DNA of 64,000 nucleotides, from assembly GCA_002269645.1 (NCBI GenBank), contig NIVC01001458.1, positions 62,001 through 126,000 on the forward strand, read 5' to 3'. The notes beneath the pieces were generated by a model that was given only the letters and a program-made list of their open reading frames with translations, searched no databases and was not told where the DNA came from. Of this stretch, positions 52,301-63,399 are shown one piece after another; position 1 is the stretch's first letter, and each line of letters opens with the position of its first letter. Both the position numbers and the translations under genes were made by a program. This stretch comes from Macrostomum lignano. Lineage: Eukaryota.

Positions 52301-53831
52301 ACGGAGGCTGGTTTTTTGCGGAAAAAAATAAGACGGGAAACTACGTTTCTTAGAAAAAGCTAAGGCTAAAGCTAAAGCTAAAGCTTCTATCTCCGTAGTG
52401 AATTTTTCGGCGAAAACCAGCCTCCTTAACTTTCTGAGTTGTCCTTGGGTTGGCCCTCATTGCTGTGAATTGCACGAAAACCTGAATAGGCTGAGAGTGA
52501 TTGGCAAATATGGCAAAAACTCGCAAGGCTCGGGCTCCAGAAAAGGCGGCTGGAGCCTGAGCAATAGACACTCTTGCCTATTGAGTAGCTAAAATTAAGC
52601 TAAAAAACATGAAAGATTGGCAGTGTGTTCTTACATAACCCGCTGAAAGCGTTACTGCGACAAGGATCGCTAGAGGGTCATAGTAAACAACTCACTAGCA
52701 GCGACTTTAGCGACTTTTTAACGATTAAAACGACCGCAATGCGACGCAAAGGCGGCTGTTAAGTCACGAGCGCATCACGTGAGTTTCGGAATTGCAAGAG
52801 TGGCGAAAACGTCGTTGTGCAAACGCTTAACTTTCTACTAACTTTCTTCTAATAGAGTTTTTATAAATGCGAAATGCGCTCAAGACGCAACTCGGTGATT
52901 CCACAGCGACTCGGGAGCATGCCTCAGAGACGACTCTACGGCCCCATATTTATTACAGAAGCGCACCAGAGTCGTTACAGAGTCGCAGACAATCAAACAC
53001 CTCAAATTGACTTTTGGGCGACTCTTAGACGTATCGTTTTAGAGTCGTCTAGAGTCACTTCTTTCCTATTTCACCTGTGTTATCTGCAACCACTCTCGGG
53101 CGACCCAGGTGACACAGGGACGCTTCTAGGCCGAGACGCATCTGAAGGCTGCGTACGGTTGTTCAGTCCAAGGACTGGGGAGTCGCCACAGACACCCTCA
53201 ATTACCCGAGCTAATGCTGGCACCCACTTTACAGCTGTGTAAACTGAAGCAATGCAGATTTAAGTGTCTTGCTCAAGGACACAAATTGTTCCAGTGCCAG
53301 TGGGATCGGGAATCGAACCCCGACCTTCAAATCGTGAGTCTGACGCTCTGACCATCAGGCCAGAATCTAGATAGCGGGGTCTGCACAAAGTCAAAACTCA
53401 GTAAAGTCAGTCTTGATAGCTCAAAACCTCACAAATTTCGAGCTTGCGTAAGAGAATCTAAATAACATAATGCGGACTTCAGAGATAGTAACGGCAACCC
53501 CCCCACCGCTAATAGTGAAACCAATAAAAGTGCAAACCCACCAAGCCAATTGCAGATCAGTCAATTTGCAGTGCAAAGCCGCTTTTAAACAATGCAAACA
53601 GAGTTGATAATTGCCGCCAACTCTGAACCGCTCGGCCATGCCTAGCAGGGAGGCGTAGCAGGCCTCCTGATCTGCCCATTCCGAGGCGCCGTGAGCAGCC
53701 TGACTGGTCGATGGCGCCGCCGATGACGCCAATGCTTTGCTGCCATGATGCGAAGCCGCAGCGGATGAGACCGGCTCGACCGGCTCCTCCAGAGCGCGGG
53801 ATAAAAAGGATTCTGAGTTCCAATGACTCAT
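43352..53831 (-). CDS. MAU2: MAU2 (Scc4) cohesin loader subunit, 8 exons: complement join(53542..53831,51548..51814,50240..50513,49215..49529,47943..48080,45946..46337,44589..44919,43352..43561)
   Basis: Canonical splice sites with matching phases. Segments YASLLGMAERFR, HLEAAW, GSEYARGLFLLAK, YADKALMQLEKL, LRAAGHWVRGL, CSLIVLGQI, DEAVQLWASTLMRDL and PEHQLVYWLEGP align colinearly with metazoan MAU2 as recalled. An in-frame upstream ATG at 53936 is an alternative start. Confidence 0.92.
43775..44530. repeat. Degenerate 28-bp minisatellite (ACTGAAAGGTCCTACTTCCGGTTGTCAC), MAU2 intron 7
   Basis: Tandem periodicity with divergence. Confidence 0.9.
45010..45922. repeat. 28-bp minisatellite (GAGGATCTGGGAGGCTGGCCCAGCAACT), MAU2 intron 6
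   Basis: Tandem periodicity. Confidence 0.95.
46396..47897. repeat. 22/23-bp minisatellite (TAATGACTGTCAAAGGCCATTC) with 45-bp dimers, MAU2 intron 5
   Basis: Tandem periodicity. Confidence 0.95.
48225..49137. repeat. Two abutting arrays, 28-bp (GACAGTCAAGACCCAGGGGAGGGAGCCT) then about 25-bp (GGGGGACAAGGGGTCAAGAAACAGA), MAU2 intron 4
   Basis: Tandem periodicity; the switch is near 48815. Confidence 0.93.
49570..50093. repeat. 52-bp minisatellite, MAU2 intron 3
   Basis: Unit CTCAGAATCACGTCAGGCTAAACTGTCACATCTCACCTCGTTCAGATCCCAT. Confidence 0.95.
50563..51325. repeat. 31-bp minisatellite (GCACTGACATTTAGTTGCTGTGACCATCTAT), MAU2 intron 2
   Basis: Tandem periodicity. Confidence 0.95.
51965..52370. 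repeat. About 55-60-bp minisatellite (AGGACGGGAAACTACGTTTCTTAGAAAAAG...), MAU2 intron 1
   Basis: Tandem periodicity with length variants. Confidence 0.9.
53137..53362 (-). mobile_element. tRNA-derived CORE-type SINE, copy 2 (MAU2 intron 1)
   Basis: Reverse complement has A-box-like TGGCCTGATGG, B-box GGTTCGATTCC, the core TGTGTCCTTGAGCAAGACACTTAA, and the same 3' part as copy 1. Confidence 0.72.
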
Positions 53832-53939
53832 GGGATGGGGATCGGGGCCGGGACTGTCGAACTGGGAGACTGCAAGGCGAGCGGTGGTGGTGTGCAAGGG
53901 GGCGAATTGGTCTGACTTAAGTGCCCCGCTAAGCATGTC

Positions 53940-54535
53940 TTAGCCTGTCTTATGTGTCTTATAGGACACTTGATGTGTCTCACAGCCTGTCTTGTGTCTT
54001 TAGGACACTTAATGTGTGTCTCATAGCCTGTCTTAATGTCTCATAGACTGTCATAATGTCTCATAGACTGTCCTAATGTGTCTCATAGCCTGTCTTAATG
54101 TCTCATAGACTGTCCTAATGTGTCTCATAGCCTGTCTTAATGTCTCATAGACTGTCCTAATGTGTCTCATAGTCTGTCCTGATGTCTCATAGTCTGTCTT
54201 AATGTCTCATAGACTGTCCTAATGTGTCTCATAGCCTGTCTTAATGTCTCATAGACTGTCCTAATGTGTCTCATAGCCTGTCTTAATGTCTCATAGACTG
54301 TCATAATGTGTCTCATAGCCTGTCTTGTGTCTTTAGGACACTTAATGTGTGTCTCAAAGCCTGTCTTAATGTCTCATCAACTGTCCTAATGTGTCTCATA
54401 GACTGTCTTAATGTCTCATAGACTGTCCTAATGTGTCTCATAGCCTGTCTTAATGTCTCATAGACTGTCCTAATGTGTCTCATAGCCTGTCTTAATGTCT
54501 CATAGACTGTCCTAATGTGTCTCATAGCCTGTCCT
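53940..54535. repeat. 42-bp (dimer-structured) minisatellite immediately upstream of the MAU2 first coding exon
   Basis: Unit AATGTGTCTCATAGCCTGTCTTAATGTCTCATAGACTGTCCT. Confidence 0.93.
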
Positions 54536-55899
54536 TATAGCACATCTGACAACCCATTGCTTGACCAATCTAATTCCATCGAATTCCAGTCATTAGATTG
54601 GACTCTGACCAGAGCACAATTCCGACTGTATTCCAATGGAAAATTTCAATTGGATTCTGATTGCTGTTTTTTTCAGTAGGATCTTTGCACAATGTACAGC
54701 ATGTATCATTAGTGCCCTCTTGTTTTTGCTTGCCAGTTTACACCTATATGATGACTGTCCACAGAGAAGATAAATCTTCACTCAACTTTATAAGTTGCTA
54801 ACTAGGCAAATGATACTAGAGACAGTAATAGATTATTATAATTTAATTAATTTATATTCATTAAAGGACATTTTATGAATAATACAACTAAAACTTAGGG
54901 ATTAAAAGTTCTATATGCTTTGTGTTTAATGGTACAAACTGTATCTTAATATGAGTTTTATAAAAAACATATGAGCATTTCCTTATTGATTCATAGCATT
55001 CCAATCAGGCCCTTAACCCCAAACTGTTATGCTACCTATACTGGTTTCCTAAACTAGCCTTATATTATAGTTATACTAGTATATAGTTATATTATTTGTT
55101 TTGTATTATTTTTGTTAAATTTAAGAATTTCTAGCAAAAACAATGTAACTAAAAAACAAGAACAAATTATTTATGAAAAAACTATCAATTGTATTATAGT
55201 AGCTAATTTTAGGTAGCCCCAATTTTAAAATAAGCTTTAAGCCAATTGGTTAAAATATCAAAATAGTATTTTGATGGTATTTATTATATATACATAAATA
55301 TATATGTATATATATAATATTAATAGTATATCAATTAATTTTTTAAGCTTTAGCTAAGCCATAGTATATTACTGATAAGTGTAAGCCTATAGGCAACTAT
55401 AATGAAATATAAGCCTAAATTACCATTAGCAATTAAGCCTAGTTTATTTACTAAATTTTATAAATAGTAGCAAAGATATTTCTATACTTAAAAGCCATTT
55501 AAAATAATGATTGTTAATGTCAAAGTAAAAAAACTAAAGCTGAATTAAAAATTTTTTTGTTCCTATTGTAATTTTCAAGTTAATACCTCTAAGTTAATAA
55601 ACTTAATTTTCTAATTTAAAAAGCTATAAACTAATCTTATCTTTGATTTAGAGAACAATAACAAGATATATTATTTAATTACTTTTATTTATTAAAAACT
55701 TTTATTCATGTTAAATAAACTAAGAAAATGATTTTGATAAGCTAAACAAAAGTATTATATAGTATTATCTATATTTTGTTAGATATCTTATGTCAAACTG
55801 CAAGCTCTTAGTATATATAGCCTAGCCATACACGCATAATATTTGGCCAAGTTGGCTAATCTAGCCAACTGATTTGGCAGCCAACCAAAGTAGGTTGCA

Positions 55900-56300
55900 A
55901 AAATTCCCACCCAAATAAGTATCCAAGTAGTACTAAGTAGATAATGAGGCATTTTGGCTTAATAAGACAGTTATAGTTACTCCTACTATTTATCCAAAGT
56001 TGCGTTAATTTTGCTTTAGGGTTTCTTTTACATGTAAGTCACATTTTGGCAAAAAAACTATATTGCATTTTTGTTAAAACTAAGTCACATGGCTAATCCA
56101 ATTTTGGAGGTTGCGCATATATGAGCCTAGCCAATAGATAATATAAGCTAATGTTCTATCAGCAAGTGCTAAAGAGTACTACCTCCTAAATTATTACCTT
56201 GCATATTTTAATGGTAGAATATTTGACATTGATAGTTATTTCAGCTATGATTATACAATTGTACAATATGTAAGGCTTTTTATATCTCTATTAAAGAAGC
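55900..56300 (+). pseudogene. Heavily decayed Gypsy-like integrase fragment
   Basis: Stop-ridden frame reads VIVTP..KLR..SHFG..N*VTW..YEPSQ..FNGRIFDIDSYFS. This loosely matches the Gypsy integrase zinc-binding region and core start (VIVP..LR..GHPG..WW..CEPCQ..VDAYS). Confidence 0.4.
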
Positions 56301-59300
56301 TAAATTGAGTTTTACTTATTAGATCTATTAGATTCAAGTCATGCAAGCTAGTAAAATTTAATAACAAAGTTTTTAAAGTCTTATTTATTGATTACAAGCA
56401 AGGCTTTAGATATAAGCTATCTGTCAAACTAACTAACTAACCCTGATTTTTTATTAATAGTATAACATGTCTTAAACTAAGTACAAGATATGCATTATCA
56501 GCTAAGTGTTTTGCAGAAAAATATACATTAGAAGTACTATCAATTGATATTATTACTATTATACATCCAGATTTTCATGGCAAAGGTGCCTTAAGACTGT
56601 AGCCAATAAACTCCTATATGACGTTTGGAAGAAAAAAACTAAAATAAATTGGACATTGCATAACTTTGAAAAAAAAAGAAACATTTCTTAGAATAGAAAT
56701 GTACATTAAAAAACCATAGAAATAAATGATAGATAAAACAAACTCAATTAGAAGGGACAATAATTATACACTGTCTAATACCATTGCATTAAAAGAATTT
56801 TTAGGATTATAATAAAATTTATATATTAGATTATTATCAAATTCATTTATAATAAATCTTTGTTGCCAAATTTGTTTGTTGTGTGGCAGGTAGGTTGGCA
56901 CTTTAGTTGTTTGTATTTTCTTTGTTTTAGAAACTTAACTTTTATGGAAGACTTTTTTGCCTGCTTTGACCTAGAATTGGCATTAATGTTATTTTTCTCT
57001 TTGTTGGCCATTTTCTTTGTCCTAGCTATGGTGCTTTTTTGTTTTTATCTTTGGCCCTATTATGCCCCAGTCTTAGTTTTAATCTTATTTTCTGCTATTT
57101 TATTTATATTTTCTTTTATTTCCCACTGGCCTATCCAATCCCAGTTTTGTGTTTGCCTATACACTGCCCTGCGGGTTGGCAATACTAATTTTGTTCACAT
57201 AAATATATTTAAATGATGATAGTTATAACTTCCCTCCTACCTTTTATACTTTCAACTTATAAACTTTCCTTTGATACTAATTTAATACTTGTTTAATAGT
57301 TAGTTTACCAAACCTTTGCCACTTTAATGACTGTTTTACTTAGCCTCAGCATACCACAGCTCTGCCAGTTCATTTTGTTAGTCATCTCATATAATTTATC
57401 AACTTGCTTAATTTCAATTAACTATTTATCTATTACCAACCAATAAAACTAAATGAAACAGTATTTATTCATTCATCAATAAAAGCCCATAGCATTATCT
57501 TGAGTCATTTGCTTATGGGGCATAAAACAACCAAATTGATCTCATTTCTACATAAGCTTTAAGTAAATTAATATTTTATAATATGTGAATTATAATGATA
57601 GTACTGCTATTCTACTAATAGTAATTATCAAATCATGTCAATATATATTGAAACTGTAGTATTTAAGGACAATTAAACAACAATGCCTAATGAAGACCAC
57701 TCAACTATAATAACTACCCTTCCTCAAAAAATTCCAAAATTGAGGACTAAACAGACAGAATTTAGGAGAAATAATTGATATAATTCAATTACACAATTTT
57801 TCTAGCTTTATTATATGCAAACTCAATTCTAGCAGCCTTTAAAATTCTATAAACCGACCCACTGACCTCAAAGCAATTTTTTCCATCTTATCTCTATTAC
57901 TAAATTGGTTAGCATCTAAAAAGGAGCTTGGGATATTCAAAACATTTCCTAACATAATAGCTAATATTTCTTACCTTGATGCAATGATGCTAGATATCAC
58001 TATTTATATTTAAATTGATTTTTGGCAAATGTTTTCAATTTTATTGAATAATCTAGTGATCATATTTATATATTAATAGATAATATTTAATAGATAATAA
58101 TAAGATTATCATATTATTAAGCAAAGCAAGAATGACTTTTTTATAATCTTTAATTTTGATCATTTGATATCATTATTTTTAACTAGGTCTAGGCCCTAAA
58201 TTAAATAAGCAAAATATTGTTTGACAAAAGCATTTTTGGTGAAATGTCTTGGAATTCTACTAAACCTATAGTCTATACCATTGGCATTGTTCTTAGCCTA
58301 TTTATTAAGATTATCAAAAAGATGGTATGATGTTCCTGAAGATTAGGTCAGTAAAATACTTTACTTTGTTAGTCAGATTAGAAACCTCTTGTAGTTTGTT
58401 AGCCTAGTCTTGTACTCAAAATGCATTCTTTAATCTTTATGCAGTTGTGTTATGTCAAAAGCATTTGTCTTGGTTTTTCAGGTTTAGGTTTAACCCGAAC
58501 TTGGCTTATGTTAAGCATTAGACCTAAGCTTATCTACTGTTGCAATTTGCAATTAAAGTTCAAGAAAACAAAAACAATGAGGTAGGCCCTAGGCCTAGCC
58601 TATTCGGTAACGTTAGACTTAAGACTTAGACTTAGACTTTATAGGGCAACAAATATACTAAGCGGAAAACTTTTTAAAGCGTGAAGATGTTTAGGGCCTA
58701 CTACAGTAATGAATTAAAAAAGGCTATGCAGTAAGCAGTCTGCATTTAATGTATTGTAGACTTGTAGTTTCCAGCATGCTCACGTTGCGACTTGCGTCCC
58801 TATATAGACGCGCTGACTTAATATTGAGAAAAATTGAAAAGAAAGTAAATTGTTTTTGTGGCTGACCCAATAAATATACTTATTTATAGGTTATCCTAAA
58901 TAAAAAACTGTGCTGTCTTTTTTCTACCCAAAAGATATTGAACTATTTTGCTGCAATATAAAAATTTCATAATCGCAACAAAATTTTCGTTTTGTTTAAC
59001 TTTGACAAATTTAGCTTTTGTCAATAGAGATTAAGAGCAAGGACGACTTAAGTAGAAGGACGGGAAACCTTGTTTCTTAGAAAAAGTGCCTTCAAAACTT
59101 TTCAAATAGCGCAAATCTCTACAGAAATTTTGACAATTGATTGCTATTCACCTTTTGATTTACAGTATAGTGTAGTTGATCAAAGTCTTTTTTCTGAATG
59201 ATTTACGAAGCTCTTACAGTTTTCTGGTCTTAGAATTACACATGTTGCTGTCTGTTTGCAAAAAACAAAACGACATGTAATGTATTGAAAATCTACTTGC

Positions 59301-60216
59301 ACAACATCTGCTTCGTAAATTTATCAGAATATGATCCTATTAAAATCAAGTATGATTGGATTAAAAAACGCAAATATATTTTCTGTTGGCGACCATAGTC
59401 TTGAACAAATAACCAAGAAAAAATGCCCCACAAGGCCACAAGTATTCTTCTTCACTCGTGTACCCATGCAGCTTGCATGTAAAATCATCTTAAACCGTCT
59501 TAATCGGACGTAAATCGGACGTAATTCCTCAAAAATGCTGCTCCTATTTTATTTTTTCATTCTTGATCAAATAGTCAGCTGTTTAGTTGGCAAACTTATT
59601 AATGTTTTACACGTACGTTTTTCTTACTTTTACGCCTTTCTGAAAAGTTATACATGTACTTGCATGGAGCAACTTTAAACTATAAATTGTACCATGGATA
59701 TGTAACCTGTAAATAAATGGATAGCAAGACCTTCATTCTATACTGAATAATAATGAAATGAATGGCTCTAAAAAGCTGCTTTATAGCAATTTGTTTCTAT
59801 AGTTTTAATTCGGTAGTTTAACAAGCAGTTGCAACTACGATCGCTACATTCATTGATCTATATATATAATTTTGCTTACAGTTCTTGTGATTAAATGCGT
59901 ATGTACAGTATACATACTTTTGTCGATACAAGTGTACTTTTTATATTAGATGATGGGCATAGCGTACTAAATACATGCATGCTAGTGTATTGGATGCTGC
60001 ATTTTACACATTATGCAGCATGGTATCAACAGAAAAAATGTACACACGAGCTAATCAGATATTTGAGTACGTTAATTCGGCTGGATTATAAATCTATCTA
60101 CATGTACAAAAATTTCGCACATTTACAAGCTCTGTATCTATATGAAATTATCCTTTGAATGAACTGCTATCCATGTACATGTTGCTCATACAATTTCAGA
60201 CGGCAAATTTAGCAAA

Positions 60217-62763
60217 ATGGAAAAGCTGCTGGTCATTCAGACAGGAGGTAAGAAATTTGAGCTCATCGTTTAGGGCCTGTTCAAACATCAGTTGGATGCA
60301 GGAAACCTACATTGAAAGTAGGTTTTTGAACATACTTATCCTTCCTGGATCCTTTTTAAGGTGTGTCCTTTTTAAGGTCCTCGGGTCATAGGGTCTTTCA
60401 GATCATCAGGCTGGGGCCACCATCTTCCTTCATCATCAGGTTGGGGCCACCATCTTCCTTCATCATCAGGTTGGGGCCACCATCTTCCTTCATCATCAGG
60501 TTGGGGCCACCATCTTCCTTCATCATCAGGTTGGGGCCACCATCTTCCTTCATCATCAGATTGGGGCCACCATCTTCCTTCATCATCTGATTGGGGACAC
60601 CATCTTCCTTCATCATCAGATTGGGGACACCATCTTCCTTCATCATCAGATTGGGGCCACCATCTTCCTTCATCATCAGATTGGGGACACCATCTTCCTT
60701 CATCATCAGATTGGGGACACCATCTTCCTTCATCATCTGATTGGGGACACCATCTTCCTTCATCATCAGATTGGGGACACCATTCCTTCATCATCAGATT
60801 GGGGACACCATCTTCCTTCATCATCAGATTGGGGACACCATCTTCCTTCATCATCAGATTGGGGACACCATCTTCCTTCATCATCTGATTGGGGACACCA
60901 TCTTCCTTCATCATCTGATTGGGGACACCATCTTCCTTCATCATCAGGTTTAGGACACCATCTTCCTTCATCATCTGATTGGGGACACCATCTTCCTTCA
61001 TCATCAGGTTGGGCCCACCATTCCTTCATCATCAGATTGGGGACACCATCTTCCTTCATCATCAGATTGGGGACACCATCTTCCTTCATCATCAGGTTTA
61101 GGACACCATCTTCCTTCATCATCAGGTTTAGGACACCATCTTCCTTCATCATCAGATTGGGGACACCATCTTCCTTCATCATCAGGTTTAGGACACCATC
61201 TTCCTTCATCATCAGATTGGGGACACCATCTTCCTTCATCATCAGATTGGGGACACCATCTTCCTTCATCATCAGGTTTAGGACACCATCTTCCTTCATC
61301 ATCAGATTGGGGACACCATCTTCCTTCATCATCAGGTTTAGGACACCATCTTCCTTCATCATCAGATTGGGGACACCATCTTCCTTCATCATCAGGTTTA
61401 GGACACCATCTTCCTTCATCATCAGATTGGGGACACCATCTTCCTTCATCATCAGATTGGGGACACCATCTTCCTTCATCATCAGGTTTAGGACACCATC
61501 TTCCTTCATCATCAGGTTTAGGACACCATCTTCCTTCATCATCAGATTGGGGACACCATCTTCCTTCATCATCAGATTGGGGACACCATTTTCTTTCATC
61601 ATCAGGTTGGGGCCACCATTTTCTTTCATCATCAGGTTGGGGCCACCATCTTCCTACACCATTTTCCTTCCAATCTTCATGTAGTTTGGTAACCTATTTT
61701 ATAGCTAGATCAAAACTGTCGATTCCCAGGCACCATGGACAAATGCTATCCCAGAGCCATCGGAGGCTACGCATTTGAGTTCGGGGACAGCGGCTATTGC
61801 CGTCAACTATTGGAGCGACAGCTCTCCGATTGGGAGTCGCGATTCGAATTTCTATCGATATTTGCCAAAGACAGTCAGGACATTTCCGACGATGACAGGT
61901 ACGTCTCCGTGTGTGTGCGTGTGCATGCTCAAGAGTCAGCGGATTGGGCACGACTGCTTTAATTGCCTTCTCACTGGCTGCGGTTCGACTGTCACCTTGA
62001 GCTAAGGCAGTATCTAAACTGCCCCCACTAAGGTAATTGCTATAAAAAACCACGCGAACTAATTTATTGCAGAGTAAAATTGGCCGAGGTCATTAAGTCG
62101 AGCGACAGTCGAAGGGTCCTTGTAACGCATGGCACGGACACACTGTTGGACACGGCCAGGTTTCTTCAGAGCTACCTAAAATCAGGGAGGGCAACATGTA
62201 TATTGTCGATATTTTCTTTATAAATAATCAACTATCCTTACCAGTTAACTGCACTAAATATGGAATCCCAGTGCATGATGAATTGAAATTGATGAGTATC
62301 AAAAGGCTCATTAAGGGATTAATCAGACTAGAAAGGCAATTCCCGTTCCGTCCCGTTCCGTCCCGTTCCGTCCCGTTCCGTCCCGTTCCGCCCCGTTCCG
62401 TCCCGTTCCGTCCCGTCCCGTCCCGTTCCGTCCCATTCCGTTCCGAATTAGCACGACAGCTCACGCGCCTAATTCTCTACAGACTTTGACGTCGCCAGCA
62501 CCGCAGCGCCAGTTGTAATTCTGACCGGCGCCAGACTGCCCGGCGCTTTCAAAGACACCGACGCCGATTTAAACATCGGCTTCGCCCTTGGCTGTCTGGC
62601 CGCCGCCAGACCCGCTGCCAGAGACCAGGCCAATGGCGGCAATCCGACAACGTTGCTCAAGCCAGGTGTTTACACCTGTATGAACCTGCGACTCATGCGA
62701 CCCGACGAAGTGGTCAGGAATTTGGAAACCGGAGCGTTTGACTGGCCTGCCTGTTCCGACTAA
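60217..62763 (+). CDS. Short-chain (single-domain) class 1 L-asparaginase, 4 exons: join(60217..60247,61730..61898,62073..62197,62483..62763), about 201 aa
   Basis: All introns are GT-AG with consistent phases (1,2,1). Spliced product: MEKLLVIQTGGTMDKCYPRAIGGYAFEFGDSG...KDSQDISDDDRVKLAEVIKSSDSRRVLVTHGTDTLLDTARFL...PVVILTGARLPGAFKDTDADLNIGFALG...KPGVYTCMNLRLMRPDEVVRNLETGAFDWPACSD*. It has both asparaginase signatures (TGGT, HGTDT). The exon 3 donor (GTATAT) is weak. Confidence 0.9.
60403..61650. repeat. 30-bp minisatellite (CATCTTCCTTCATCATCAGATTGGGGACAC), asparaginase intron 1
   Basis: Tandem periodicity. Confidence 0.96.
62340..62445. repeat. (CCGTT/CCGTC)n pentamer microsatellite, asparaginase intron 3
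   Basis: Seen directly. Confidence 0.93.
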
Positions 62764-63056
62764 CGCGTCACAAATATCCGCATCGATGCGACCGATATTT
62801 CTAAGAAATTCAAAATCCTGCAGAAGTTGTCTGTGGTTGAGCACTAAGACAATCGGTGCAATAAATCACTTTTAGTTGCAAAAAAATTGTTTTGACTGAC
62901 AAATTGATTTGATATTGTACGAGTATTTATTACACCGAATTCGATTTAAATACAAATTAGTCGCGCGCAGTAGACGATTTGAAATTGTTAAATATTACAA
63001 AAATCTGTCAGGCTGTGGGTGTGCTGGACTGTAATTAAACTTTTGGTCTTCTTCGA

Positions 63057-63395
63057 TCGGGACTCATCAGGATTCTGGGATCAGGACTCATCGGGATTCT
63101 AGGATCGGGATTCATCGGGATTCTGGGATCGGGATTCATCGGGATTCTGGGATCGGGACTCATCGGGATTCTGGAATCGGGATTCATCGGGATTCTGGGA
63201 TCGGGACTCATCGGGATTCTGAGATCGGGACTCATCGGGATTCTAGGATCGGGATTCATCGGGATTCTGGGATCGGGATTCATCGGGATTCTGGGATCGG
63301 GACTCATCGGGATTCTGGGATCGGGACTCATCAGGATTCTGGGATCGGGACTCATCAGGATTCTGGGATCGGGACTCATCAGGAATCGGAGATCG
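63057..63395. repeat. 24-bp minisatellite (GGGACTCATCGGGATTCTGGGATC)
   Basis: Tandem periodicity. Confidence 0.95.
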
Positions 63396-63399
63396 TGAC

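Noticed and set aside
53290-53362. tRNA gene
   Set aside because: No acceptor-stem closure, and it continues into SINE body homology shared with 39620-39830.
56860-57216. 118-aa hydrophobic ORF as a membrane protein
   Set aside because: Arises from T-rich composition in a decayed AT-rich block; no ATG start or splice context.
60363-61684. MMKEDG/IIRLG repeat ORFs
   Set aside because: 30-bp array within asparaginase intron 1.
62469-62844. Minus-strand ORFs (MLNHRQ..., MSNVVG...)
   Set aside because: Antisense shadow of asparaginase exon 4.
9360-63395. Repeat arrays as CRISPR
   Set aside because: Units are directly tandem with no unique spacers, there are no cas genes, and the context is eukaryotic.
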